A stretch of 64,000 bases of DNA, from contig JAVEQW010000001.1 in the NCBI GenBank assembly GCA_034007385.1, positions 38,504 through 102,503 of the forward strand, in the 5' to 3' direction. The notes beneath the pieces were generated by a model that worked only from the letters and a program-made list of their open reading frames with translations, did not search any database and was not told where the DNA came from. A program made the translations under genes and the position numbers. Positions 19,886-28,930 of this stretch are shown here, piece by piece (position 1 is the stretch's first letter; the number at the start of each line of letters is the position of its first letter). The DNA is from Candidatus Izemoplasmatales bacterium (GTDB taxonomy: Bacteria; Bacillota_I; Bacilli_A; Izemoplasmatales; Hujiaoplasmataceae).

Positions 19886-21172
19886 GTGAGCAAATTTAAA
19901 AATAAAGAAGAATTTTTCGATTTCTCTAAACTGCTACTAGTTATTCCACTCGATGATTTAATTAAATTGATGAACAAGTATGAGATCAAGTTGCCATTAT
20001 ATGTTCATCGTTTTCTTTTGAAGGAAACTATCAGACCAGAAGTTTTTGAACCGAAACTTTATAACACTTACACAGACGAACTTAGATTTCGCTTAAGAGG
20101 TTATGATAATTTTTCAATTTTCCTACTAGAGAAAATGATTGAAAACTATAATCTGGATTTCAGCTTGTCTCGATATAAGGAAATGATGTTAAACTTGCTT
20201 TTCGTAAATAAAGAAGCTTTGGTAATCAGAGATAAGTTCTTTGATGAGTTAGAACAACTTAAACATAACTATACCGTTGATTTGGAAGTTATGCGATACA
20301 ATGAGTTCTACAATCACGTAAACAGAGTATTCTATGAACAAGTTGGTTTCTTGGACGGCATCAACATTAACGATTGGGACGAAGAAATGTTAACCAGTTA
20401 TACATTGGGTGATTTAAAAGCTTTGGGTGCTAAGTATGATGTTAAGATACCAAGACGAATCAATAAGGGTAAATTGATTGAGATTTTGGTAGCTAAGTTC
20501 AAGTTAAGCGCTGATGAAACTGAGCTTTTAGAAATGAAAAGCGTTTTAGAGTTAGAAATCTATGCTAAGGAAAAAGGTTTTAAAATTTCTATCGATCTAA
20601 AAAAGACCGATATGATTGAGTATTTGAAATTTTCTTTAGGTATGTATGATACCTTCCCTAAAGATGATTTCTTTGATTATCATGTACCGGTATTCTCTGA
20701 CGCGGAAGCTGTTGAAGGCGATTTGGTTGAAGAGGAAGTAGAAGAGGTTTATATTCCTGAAGAAGTTCATGATGAAGTAGAAGATACTGTTATACCTGAT
20801 GTAACGCCTGAAGAAGAGGTTGAAGAGCCGGAAGAACCTGTATATGAAGAACCTGTAAAACAAGAAGAAGTTGAAGAGGTTGAAGAAACACCGGTATATA
20901 TCGAAGAACCGATGGATGAAGTAGAACCGGTTCAAGATACAAGAGATATTGAAATCCCAAGTGAATTGCCAGCTGAACCATCATTAGCTGATTCAAATCT
21001 ATTGTCACCTGAAGAAAAAGAATTATTGGATGAAAAGATTAACCTGATAATAAAAAAATACTATAAGAGAAGACGCACAAGAAGAATTATCTGGAGCATT
21101 GTTTTAGTTGTAGTACTTGCCGTGGGTGCATGGGCAGCTTATACTTATTTGTGGCCAATCATTAATGCTTAG
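19886..21172 (+). CDS. Tail-anchored protein with three Rho_N/HeH-like motifs and an acidic E/V/P-rich linker (unknown function)
   Basis: GTG start after AAGGGTGA. HeH-like motifs at about res 21-48, 173-206 and 219-250 (e.g. TLGDLKALGAKYDVKIPRRINKGKLIEILV). Acidic low-complexity region at res ~271-352. Basic patch KKYYKRRRTRR followed by a single C-terminal TM, IIWSIVLVVVLAVGAWAAYTYLW. Confidence 0.7.
   Translation: MSKFKNKEEFFDFSKLLLVIPLDDLIKLMNKYEIKLPLYVHRFLLKETIRPEVFEPKLYNTYTDELRFRLRGYDNFSIFLLEKMIENYNLDFSLSRYKEMMLNLLFVNKEALVIRDKFFDELEQLKHNYTVDLEVMRYNEFYNHVNRVFYEQVGFLDGININDWDEEMLTSYTLGDLKALGAKYDVKIPRRINKGKLIEILVAKFKLSADETELLEMKSVLELEIYAKEKGFKISIDLKKTDMIEYLKFSLGMYDTFPKDDFFDYHVPVFSDAEAVEGDLVEEEVEEVYIPEEVHDEVEDTVIPDVTPEEEVEEPEEPVYEEPVKQEEVEEVEETPVYIEEPMDEVEPVQDTRDIEIPSELPAEPSLADSNLLSPEEKELLDEKINLIIKKYYKRRRTRRIIWSIVLVVVLAVGAWAAYTYLWPIINA
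20696..20942 (+). repeat. Imperfect short tandem GAA-rich repeats encoding a PEVK-like acidic tract
   Basis: GAAGAACCTGTA occurs at 20832-20843 and 20847-20858. GAAGAGGTTGAAGA(g/a) occurs at 20814-20828 and 20874-20888. Encodes EEVEE/EEPV units. Confidence 0.6.
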
Positions 21173-21205
21173 GGTTAGTGTGCTTTAGATAAAGGAGTTT
21201 TTACC

Positions 21206-23797
21206 TTGAAACCTTTAGAAATATCAAATTACACGCCAATGATGCAACAATATTTAGAGATAAAAAAAGACTATAGTGATTATATAGTCTTTTTTAGACT
21301 TGGCGACTTCTATGAAATGTTCTTCCAAGACGCTATTGTCGCTTCTAAAGAATTAGAAATTGTGTTGACAGGCAGAGACGCAGGAACTGAAGAAAGAGTG
21401 CCGATGTGCGGAGTACCTTATCATGCGGTGGACTTATATCTTGAAAAGCTAGTTGAAAAGAGATATAAAGTCGCAATAGTTGAGCAGACTGAAGATCCAG
21501 CCAGTGCCAAAGGTATTGTTAAACGTGAAGTTGTAAAGTTAATTACTCCAGGAACTATTGTTGCGGATAATGCTTTATCCAGAAAAGACAACAATTATAT
21601 AACGGCTATTTATGAAAGCCCGGATATTTATATCTTGGCTTATTCCGATCTTTCCACTGGAGAGATTTATCTGGAAAAACTACCAAAGGACATTAATATT
21701 CTAATTAGTGAAATCTTGAATTTGAAATGCAAAGAAGTCGTTATTCCTACGAATCTAAAAAATAAGTTTTTAAGAAACAGCCTTAAGAATCAAGATTTAA
21801 CAATTTCAATCAGCGATGATTTTACGCTGAAGAAGTATTATAAATCACTTGTAAATGAAGTTTATGACAAGCATTTGTTAAATGCTTTTGCTTTATTGAT
21901 AAATTATTTGGAATTGACACAAAAGCAAGAATTGTTGCACTTACAAAAAGCTAATGTATTTGAAGCGAGCAGTTATTTAAGAATCGATAACAATTCGAAG
22001 AGAAATCTTGAGTTGACTGAAACCTTTACTTCAAAGTCAAGTAAAAATACATTATTTTGGTTGTTGGATAAATGTTCAACGGCAATGGGTTCAAGGTTTT
22101 TGAAATCTTCAATATTAAGACCGTTGATTAACAGAGAAAAATTAGAAGAAAGATATAAGCTAGTTGAAGCGCTAAATGACAATTTTATCGTTAAGCAAGA
22201 ATTAATCGACAATTTAAAGAAAGTATATGATTTAGAAAGAATCGTCGGTAGAGTGTCATTCGGTAGTGCCAATGCAAAAGATTTAATCAATCTTAAACGT
22301 TCGTTGGAATGTATGCCAAAAATAGCTTCACTATTAAGTGAATTAGATAGTGATTTAGCAAAAGAGTTAGCCGATTCATTACCTGACTTTTTAGAACTGA
22401 CAAAAGAAATTGACGATGCTATTGTGGATAATCCGCCACTTTCCATCAAGGAAGGAAGTTTTATTAAGACTGGTTATTCGCAAGAACTGGATGAAATCAG
22501 AGATATTAAAGTCAATGCTAAAAAGTGGTTGGATGAGTTTATCGAGAATGAAAAAGAACGAACCGGCATCAAGAAACTTAAGGTTGGTTATAACCGGGTA
22601 TTCGGTTATTTCATCGAAGTCACCAAATCACAGATGGATATGGTTAAAGATGAATTTGGATATGAAAGAAAACAAACTTTGTCTAATTCCGAGAGATTCA
22701 TCACTAAAGAATTAAAAGAAAAAGAAGCGATTATTTTAGGTTCTACCGATACGATTCAAGAACTGGAATACGAGTTGTTCTTGAAATTGAGAGATAAGGT
22801 TAAAGATAGAACCTTTGACTTACAAGCATGCGCTAAAACAATCGCTTTAATTGATATGATGATTAGTTTCAGCGTTGTTTCAATGAATAAACGCTTTATC
22901 AAACCTGAGTTGATTGATCAAAAAAGAATTGAAATTATCAATGGAAGACATCCAGTTGTTGAAGAGTTGTTAGATGAAGTTTTTGTTGAGAATTCCCTCT
23001 ACATGGATGAAAGCAACAATATTTTATTGATTACAGGACCGAATATGAGCGGTAAATCAACTTATATGCGCCAGTTGGCAATGATTATCATCTTGGCACA
23101 AATCGGTTGTTTTGTACCGGCTACTGTATGTAAAATGCCGATTTTTGATCAGATTTTTACAAGAATCGGTGCTAGCGACGATCTGCAATCTGGTAAGTCG
23201 ACTTTTATGGTTGAGATGTTGGAAGTAAATTATGCACTTAATAACGCTACTAAAGACTCTTTAATCTTGTTTGATGAGATCGGTCGAGGAACCGCAACTT
23301 ATGATGGTATGGCTTTGGCACAAGCAATCATCGAATATTGTCATTATAAAATCAATTGCAAGATCTTGTTTTCAACTCATTATCATGAACTTACTTATTT
23401 GGAAGATAGCCTTAAAGGCTTAAAGAATGTTCATGTTAAAGCGAAAGAAGATAAGGGGAATATCGTCTTTTTACATAAGGTTGTTGATGGACCGACCGAT
23501 AAGAGTTATGGGATTCATGTTGCTAAACTTGCTAAATTACCTAAGAATATCTTAAATAGAAGTTCGGAAATTCTCGAAGAACTAGAAAAAAATCATGGAA
23601 AAAACATCATTAAACCGCAAAGCATTGATTTGTTTAATTATATGGAATCGTTAGTGGTGGAAGAAACGGAAGTTGAAGAGTATCAGAGTATTATAGATCA
23701 AATCAAAGAAATTAATGTAATGGAGTTAACACCAATAAGTGCGCTTAACGTACTAAACGATATCGTTGAAGAAGTTAAGAAGCATAACAAAAAGTAA
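21206..23797 (+). CDS. mutS: DNA mismatch repair protein MutS
   Basis: TTG start 8 nt after AAGGAG. N-terminal TPMMQQYLEIK...FYEMF, Walker A GPNMSGKST, then DEIGRGTATYDG and STHYHEL. Confidence 0.95.
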   Translation: MKPLEISNYTPMMQQYLEIKKDYSDYIVFFRLGDFYEMFFQDAIVASKELEIVLTGRDAGTEERVPMCGVPYHAVDLYLEKLVEKRYKVAIVEQTEDPASAKGIVKREVVKLITPGTIVADNALSRKDNNYITAIYESPDIYILAYSDLSTGEIYLEKLPKDINILISEILNLKCKEVVIPTNLKNKFLRNSLKNQDLTISISDDFTLKKYYKSLVNEVYDKHLLNAFALLINYLELTQKQELLHLQKANVFEASSYLRIDNNSKRNLELTETFTSKSSKNTLFWLLDKCSTAMGSRFLKSSILRPLINREKLEERYKLVEALNDNFIVKQELIDNLKKVYDLERIVGRVSFGSANAKDLINLKRSLECMPKIASLLSELDSDLAKELADSLPDFLELTKEIDDAIVDNPPLSIKEGSFIKTGYSQELDEIRDIKVNAKKWLDEFIENEKERTGIKKLKVGYNRVFGYFIEVTKSQMDMVKDEFGYERKQTLSNSERFITKELKEKEAIILGSTDTIQELEYELFLKLRDKVKDRTFDLQACAKTIALIDMMISFSVVSMNKRFIKPELIDQKRIEIINGRHPVVEELLDEVFVENSLYMDESNNILLITGPNMSGKSTYMRQLAMIIILAQIGCFVPATVCKMPIFDQIFTRIGASDDLQSGKSTFMVEMLEVNYALNNATKDSLILFDEIGRGTATYDGMALAQAIIEYCHYKINCKILFSTHYHELTYLEDSLKGLKNVHVKAKEDKGNIVFLHKVVDGPTDKSYGIHVAKLAKLPKNILNRSSEILEELEKNHGKNIIKPQSIDLFNYMESLVVEETEVEEYQSIIDQIKEINVMELTPISALNVLNDIVEEVKKHNKK

Positions 23798-23806
23798 GGT
23801 GTAAAT

Positions 23807-25501
23807 ATGGGTATTATTAAAAGATTAGATCCGGGAATTGCTAATAAAATAGCAGCCGGAGAAGTCGTAGAAAAATTGGCTAACGTCGTTAAGGAGTTAG
23901 TAGAAAATTCAATTGACGCTGAAAGTACAAAAATCGATATTGATTTAATCGATAGCGGAATGAAAAGTATCCGAGTTACGGATAATGGTTTTGGTATGTC
24001 TGAAGATGACGCAGTATTAGCGTTTGAAAGACATGCAACATCTAAGATCAAAACAGTTAATGATTTGTTTAGAATCCAGTCTTTGGGGTTTAGAGGTGAA
24101 GCTTTGCCTTCAATAGCCGCAATCTCAAGAGTTGAGTTAAGCACATCAAACGGTAAAGACGCTGTCAAAATTGTTTTTGAAGATGGCAAAATGTTAGAGA
24201 AAGCCAATACTTCAATGAATCAAGGAACAATGATTGAAGTTACAAAACTGTTTTATTCTACTCCAGCCAGATTTAAATATCTTAAGTCGCCGCAGTATGA
24301 ACTTGCTAGTATTGTCGCAATGATTAACGGTTTTGCTTTAGCCAATCCGTCAATCAGTTTTAGACTGACTAATGATAGGAAGCAAATCTTCGTTTCCAAG
24401 AGCAACGATTCTTTAACGAACCTTTTATCACAGATTTATGGAATTCAAGCTGGTAAGTCATTAATCTATTTTGAGGCTGAAAATAGGGATTATCACATCT
24501 ATGGTTATACGACGAATCCTATTGTGAACCGTTCATCAAGAAACTATATCAATATTGTTGTTAATAATCGGATTATCAGTAATGCTGATATAGTAAAAGC
24601 AATTACAGAGAGTTACGATCAGTTGATACCAAAGGGTAGATATCCGATTACCCTGCTTTATATTGAAGTCGATCCTTTGCTTATTGATGTCAATATCCAT
24701 CCTCGTAAACAAGAAATCAAATTTAGTGAAAAAGATAAGTTAATCAATCTGATTAAGAGAGCTTTAAAAGAAAAACTTGAAGTTACATATATCTATCAAA
24801 AACCAAGTGAAGATTATTCACAGACTAAAATAACTTTCTTTGAAGAAGAATCTACTTATAACCATGATTATAAAATCAAGCAAGAAGTCAAGAAAGATTT
24901 GCCACAAAAGGTTGATGTGAAAGTAATTGCCGATATGGAATATATCGGACAGTTTTCAGGAACTTATTTGTTATGGCAAAATGAAGAAGGTTTATATCTT
25001 TTAGATCAACATGCAGCCGCTGAAAGAATCAGATATGAGAAGTATTTAGCTAAATGGTTAGGTAAGTCTCAAGAAACTAATGAATTACTGATTCCGTTAA
25101 GTATTGAAATAAGTAATGATATGTTGCTAAAATTAAGGGAGCATGAAACTAAGATTAAAGATTTAGGAGTAGAACTAGAAATCAAGGATAATCATGTTCT
25201 AGCTAAAACAATTCCTAATTGGTTCCCAAAAGGTTTTGAGGAAATCTATGTTGAGAGTATGATTATGAACTTGCTTGAAGACGACCAAGCGACTAAAGAA
25301 CAACTAGTTGACGATTTAGCAAAATTATTGGCTTGTAAGCATTCGCTAAAGGCCAATCATTATATCTCAAATCTTGAGGCTAATCAATTGTTAAGTGATT
25401 TAAGGAAATGTAAAAGACCTTTCACTTGTCCTCATGGCAGACCAATCATCGTTGACATCAGTATCAACACAATAGAACACTGGTTTAATCGGGTGATATA
25501 A
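23807..25501 (+). CDS. mutL: DNA mismatch repair protein MutL
   Basis: GHKL ATPase motifs (IAAGEVVE, ELVENSIDA, DNGFGM, GFRGEAL) and a C-terminal endonuclease-type region (CPHGRP). Confidence 0.95.
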   Translation: MGIIKRLDPGIANKIAAGEVVEKLANVVKELVENSIDAESTKIDIDLIDSGMKSIRVTDNGFGMSEDDAVLAFERHATSKIKTVNDLFRIQSLGFRGEALPSIAAISRVELSTSNGKDAVKIVFEDGKMLEKANTSMNQGTMIEVTKLFYSTPARFKYLKSPQYELASIVAMINGFALANPSISFRLTNDRKQIFVSKSNDSLTNLLSQIYGIQAGKSLIYFEAENRDYHIYGYTTNPIVNRSSRNYINIVVNNRIISNADIVKAITESYDQLIPKGRYPITLLYIEVDPLLIDVNIHPRKQEIKFSEKDKLINLIKRALKEKLEVTYIYQKPSEDYSQTKITFFEEESTYNHDYKIKQEVKKDLPQKVDVKVIADMEYIGQFSGTYLLWQNEEGLYLLDQHAAAERIRYEKYLAKWLGKSQETNELLIPLSIEISNDMLLKLREHETKIKDLGVELEIKDNHVLAKTIPNWFPKGFEEIYVESMIMNLLEDDQATKEQLVDDLAKLLACKHSLKANHYISNLEANQLLSDLRKCKRPFTCPHGRPIIVDISINTIEHWFNRVI

Positions 25502-26385
25502 TGCTTGATTTAATCATGATCGTCGGACCAACGGCTGTCGGTAAAACCAAGCTTAGTATTGAAGTGGCTAAGAGTTTAAATACTGAAATTATCAATGGTG
25601 ATGCGATGCAGTTTTACAAGGGACTTGATATCGGAACTGCTAAAATAACCGAAGAAGAGATGCAATCTATCCCTCATCATCTCCTTGATATTTTAAACCC
25701 TGAGGAAAGTTTTTCCGTAGCGGCATACCAACAGTTAGTCAGAGAGAAAATCGCTCAAATCAAAGAAAAACAGAATATTCCTGTAATTGTCGGGGGTAGT
25801 GGTTTATATTTAAGTTCGGTTGTAGATGATTATCAGTTTTTAGGTAAAGAAAGAACTCTTGACGAAAAGACATACGATAATTATACTACGGAAGAATTAG
25901 CGAGGATTTTAATTGAAACCAAACCGCTATTAGCTAAGAAATGTGACTTATCTAACCGCAGAAGAGTGTTGAGAGCATTAGAAAAAGATGAGTCTGACGT
26001 TCAAGAGAAATTATATCCTTTCTATGAAAATGCATTGATCATTGGTTTAGAGATTGAGCGGAAACTTCTTTATCAAAGAATTGATGAAAGAGTTGACAAG
26101 ATGATTTTAAACGGTTTGATTGAAGAAGCAGAATGTCTTTATGATGAAGTCATAGACCATAATAAAATTCAAGCGATTGGATATAAAGAACTGTTTTTAT
26201 ATTTTAATGGTGAGATTTCTCTTGAAGAAGCAATCGCCTTAATTAAAAGAAACTCAAGAAGATATGCTAAAAGACAGATGACTTGGTTCAAGAACAAGAT
26301 GAATGTTAATTGGTTTAACGTTAACACAGATAATTTTGATGAGACTGTCAATGAAATTATACAATTCATAAAAAAAAGAAGTTAA
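25501..26385 (+). CDS. miaA: tRNA dimethylallyltransferase
   Basis: P-loop GPTAVGKT, then YKGLDIGTAK. TAATG overlap with mutL. Conserved mutSL-miaA order. Confidence 0.92.
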   Translation: MLDLIMIVGPTAVGKTKLSIEVAKSLNTEIINGDAMQFYKGLDIGTAKITEEEMQSIPHHLLDILNPEESFSVAAYQQLVREKIAQIKEKQNIPVIVGGSGLYLSSVVDDYQFLGKERTLDEKTYDNYTTEELARILIETKPLLAKKCDLSNRRRVLRALEKDESDVQEKLYPFYENALIIGLEIERKLLYQRIDERVDKMILNGLIEEAECLYDEVIDHNKIQAIGYKELFLYFNGEISLEEAIALIKRNSRRYAKRQMTWFKNKMNVNWFNVNTDNFDETVNEIIQFIKKRS

Positions 26386-26406
26386 TCCACCTTGAGATTA
26401 ACTTCT
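26377..26406. terminator. Hairpin between convergent miaA (+) and the rhodanese gene (-)
   Basis: Perfect 11-bp stem AGAAGTTAATC / GATTAACTTCT with an 8-nt loop. An A-run lies on the + side, which gives a T-run for the minus-strand transcript. The left arm covers the miaA stop codon. Confidence 0.6.
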
Positions 26407-26421
26407 CTTAATTATATTTGA

Positions 26422-26829
26422 CTATTTTTTTACAAACGGCCAGTTATCCAAGCCGCCCACTAGTACGTAAACCGGTTTGAAGCCTTTTTTCAAGAGTTTC
26501 TTCGCAACACGTTTAACTGTTCCTTTATCGGTATTAGCATATAAAAACACCGGTTGATCGGCTCTGAATAAGTGTAAAGATTGAAAGATATCTTTATTGG
26601 GATAATTTCTTGATCCATTGATTCTTTGTTTAGAAAACTCTTCTTTAGTCCTAATATCGACCAATTGGCCCTTACGCATATTTGAACGGAAATCTTCAGG
26701 GGTAAGATAGGTTATCTTTAAAGATTTTGAATTTCTTCTGAATGCAAATAATAAACCGATACCAATCCCTAAGACTATTGGTAAGATATAACTTCCGATG
26801 CCTGAATCTGTTAAAAACATAATGTTCAC
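26422..26829 (-). CDS. Membrane-anchored rhodanese-homology-domain protein (active-site Cys replaced)
   Basis: N-terminal TM (ILPIVLGIGIGLLFAF). Rhodanese fold signatures (VDIRTKEEF..INGSRN, GGLDNW). The loop where CxxGxR is expected reads YANTDKGT. Confidence 0.75.
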   Translation of the reverse strand: MNIMFLTDSGIGSYILPIVLGIGIGLLFAFRRNSKSLKITYLTPEDFRSNMRKGQLVDIRTKEEFSKQRINGSRNYPNKDIFQSLHLFRADQPVFLYANTDKGTVKRVAKKLLKKGFKPVYVLVGGLDNWPFVKK

Positions 26830-26873
26830 CTCTAATATTTAAGTCACTAATATTATAGTAGAGTTGAAATCTA

Positions 26874-26902
26874 TTGTCAATAAAACAATTTTGTATTATA
26901 AT
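26874..26902 (+). promoter_or_regulatory. Sigma-A-type promoter for efp (TTGTCA-17-TATAAT)
   Basis: TTGTCA at 26874-26879, 17-nt spacer, TATAAT at 26897-26902. Lies about 35 nt upstream of the efp ATG. Confidence 0.55.
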
Positions 26903-26936
26903 ATCATATGTTATATAAATATATAGGAGTGAAATA

Positions 26937-27497
26937 ATGATTACAACTAATGATTTTAAAACTGGAGTTACGATTGAATATGAAGGCAATATCTATCAAG
27001 TTATCGAATTCCAACATGTAAAACCTGGCAAAGGCGGAGCTTTTGTCAGATCCAAATTAAGAGACTTAAGATCAGGAGCTGTTATTGATAAGACATTTAA
27101 TGCGGGCATTAAAGTTGAAACAGCGATGATTGAAAAGTCAGAAATGCAATATCTATACCAAAATGGTGAAACTCATGTGTTTATGAATATGGAAACTTAT
27201 GAACAAATCGAACTTCATCAATCAAGACTTGAAAACGAATTACCGTTCTTGACTGAAGGATTAAATATTATCATCATACAATACGGACATGAAATTTTAG
27301 GTATTGAATTACCTGATAAAGTTATTTTAGAAGTAGTTGAAACTGCTGGTGGCGCTAAGGGTAATACAACTTCAAACGCCACTAAAGAAGCATTGACAAA
27401 TACCGGTTTAAGATTATCCGTTCCTTTGTTTATCAATGAAGGCGAAAAAATCGTTGTATCAACAGCTACTGGTAAATACGATACCAGAGCTAAATAA
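26937..27497 (+). CDS. efp: Elongation factor P
   Basis: 186 aa. N-terminal MITTNDFKTGVTIEYEGNIYQVIEFQHVKPGKGGAFVRSKLR is near-canonical EF-P. Confidence 0.97.
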   Translation: MITTNDFKTGVTIEYEGNIYQVIEFQHVKPGKGGAFVRSKLRDLRSGAVIDKTFNAGIKVETAMIEKSEMQYLYQNGETHVFMNMETYEQIELHQSRLENELPFLTEGLNIIIIQYGHEILGIELPDKVILEVVETAGGAKGNTTSNATKEALTNTGLRLSVPLFINEGEKIVVSTATGKYDTRAK

Positions 27498-27521
27498 GTT
27501 ACTTATAGGGAGTGATTTTTC

Positions 27522-28886
27522 TTGGAAGTTAGTCAGTCGTGGTTTAATATATTGGCCGTATTTAGTCCGTCATTATTAGTTTTAATGATTGGATTACTAT
27601 TGTTATCGGCTTTCTTTTCAATGACTGAAACAGCTTATTCATCAGTTGGAAGACTGAGAATGAAGACGTTAGTTGAGTTAAAAAGATCAGGTTCAAAAAA
27701 AGCTTTATGGATAGTGGATAATTTCGATAAGACATTGACCACACTTTTAGTGGGAAATAACCTCGCTAATATTGCTTTAGCGACAGTCAGTGTCATATTG
27801 TTTAAAGGCCTTTTCAGTAATCTTGAAAACGCTGATACGGTTATAAGTTTGATGAATACGGGAGTTATGACAATCATAATTCTTATTTTCGGTGAGATTT
27901 TACCTAAAAGTGTCGCGAAGACCAATGCGGAAAAAATTTGTCTTTGGGAATCAAGGATCATTTATTTTCTGATCAAGGTTATGACGCCGGTAACTTATCC
28001 ATTCTTGTTATTGAACCGTAGGGTTAAAAAGAGGATTGATACCGAAGGCAGAGTCAGTGTTACTGAGTCTGACTTGGAGACGATTATCGATACTATGGAA
28101 GAAGAAGGCTCAATTGAGAGTGAAGAAGCTTCAATGTTACAGAAGGTATTAGAGTTATCTGAAATTACAGTTGAAGAGATTATGACTCCTAGAGTCGATA
28201 TGATTGCAATCGAAGTCAATGACGACGTTAAGGACATAACGGAAACGTTCTTTAAGAACAAGTATTCCAGATTACCGGTTTATGATACCAATACCGATAA
28301 TATCGTTGGGGTTTTATCTGAGCGAGATTTTTATACAAAACTAATTAAAGATCAAAATATCAATATCAGAAGAATGATGCGTCAACCGTTGTTTATTCCA
28401 GCATCTACTAAAGTCGATGCTTTGATTGAGTTATTACAAACTCAAAACATGCACATGGCAATTGTTGTCGATGAATATGGCGGCGTTGACGGAATCGTAA
28501 CTATGGAAGACGCTTTGGAAGAACTAGTCGGTGAGATTTATGATGAGCATGACGATATTACTGAAGATGTCGTCAAAAAAGACGATTATAATTATATCGT
28601 TAATGCCGATTATGATTTAGAAGACTTGTTTGAAGACTTGAATCTCGGTAAACCACCGGTTTCGGATTCAACATCTGTCGGCGGTTGGTTGTTTGAAATG
28701 TTTCAAGATATTCCGGAAGTTGATGAAACGATTGAGTATGAAGTAAGATACAATCAAGAGTACGACGACTTAAGCGAACTCGTAAAAGAGGATCGGGCAG
28801 TCTTGGTATTTAAGATATTAGCTGTAACCAAAAGAAGAATAAAATCAGTATTAATGACTATTAATGTTATTGAGGACGAAGAATAA
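27522..28886 (+). CDS. CNNM/HlyC-CorC family transporter (DUF21 + CBS pair + CorC_HlyC domain)
   Basis: TTG start. Four N-terminal TM helices (DUF21), tandem CBS domains (IMTPRVDM..., VVDEYGGVDGIVTMEDALEELVGEI) and a C-terminal CorC_HlyC-like domain. Confidence 0.85.
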   Translation: MEVSQSWFNILAVFSPSLLVLMIGLLLLSAFFSMTETAYSSVGRLRMKTLVELKRSGSKKALWIVDNFDKTLTTLLVGNNLANIALATVSVILFKGLFSNLENADTVISLMNTGVMTIIILIFGEILPKSVAKTNAEKICLWESRIIYFLIKVMTPVTYPFLLLNRRVKKRIDTEGRVSVTESDLETIIDTMEEEGSIESEEASMLQKVLELSEITVEEIMTPRVDMIAIEVNDDVKDITETFFKNKYSRLPVYDTNTDNIVGVLSERDFYTKLIKDQNINIRRMMRQPLFIPASTKVDALIELLQTQNMHMAIVVDEYGGVDGIVTMEDALEELVGEIYDEHDDITEDVVKKDDYNYIVNADYDLEDLFEDLNLGKPPVSDSTSVGGWLFEMFQDIPEVDETIEYEVRYNQEYDDLSELVKEDRAVLVFKILAVTKRRIKSVLMTINVIEDEE

Positions 28887-28910
28887 GTGAGGTCTAACCT
28901 CACTTTTTTA
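28885..28910 (+). terminator. Rho-independent terminator after the CNNM gene
   Basis: AAGTGAGG-TCTAA-CCTCACTT hairpin followed by a T-run. The left arm overlaps the stop codon. Confidence 0.65.
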
Positions 28911-28930
28911 AAAAGATAGAAGGTTTATAA

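Noticed and set aside
20636-21008. 99-aa and 72-aa minus-strand ORFs
   Set aside because: They are antisense to the GAA-rich acidic repeat tract. Their stop-free frames are a by-product of the repeat composition (F/L/N-rich translations).
21973-22715. ORFs inside mutS: 158 aa on the minus strand (21973-22449) and 101 aa on the plus strand out of frame (22410-22715)
   Set aside because: Both lie entirely within the well-supported mutS frame. They have low-complexity composition, no RBS and no recognisable motifs, so I treat them as shadow ORFs of an AT-rich gene.
23698-24207. 169-aa minus-strand ORF across the mutS/mutL junction
   Set aside because: It is antisense to the conserved GHKL ATPase region of mutL. 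It is Ser/Leu/Ile-rich and has no start context.
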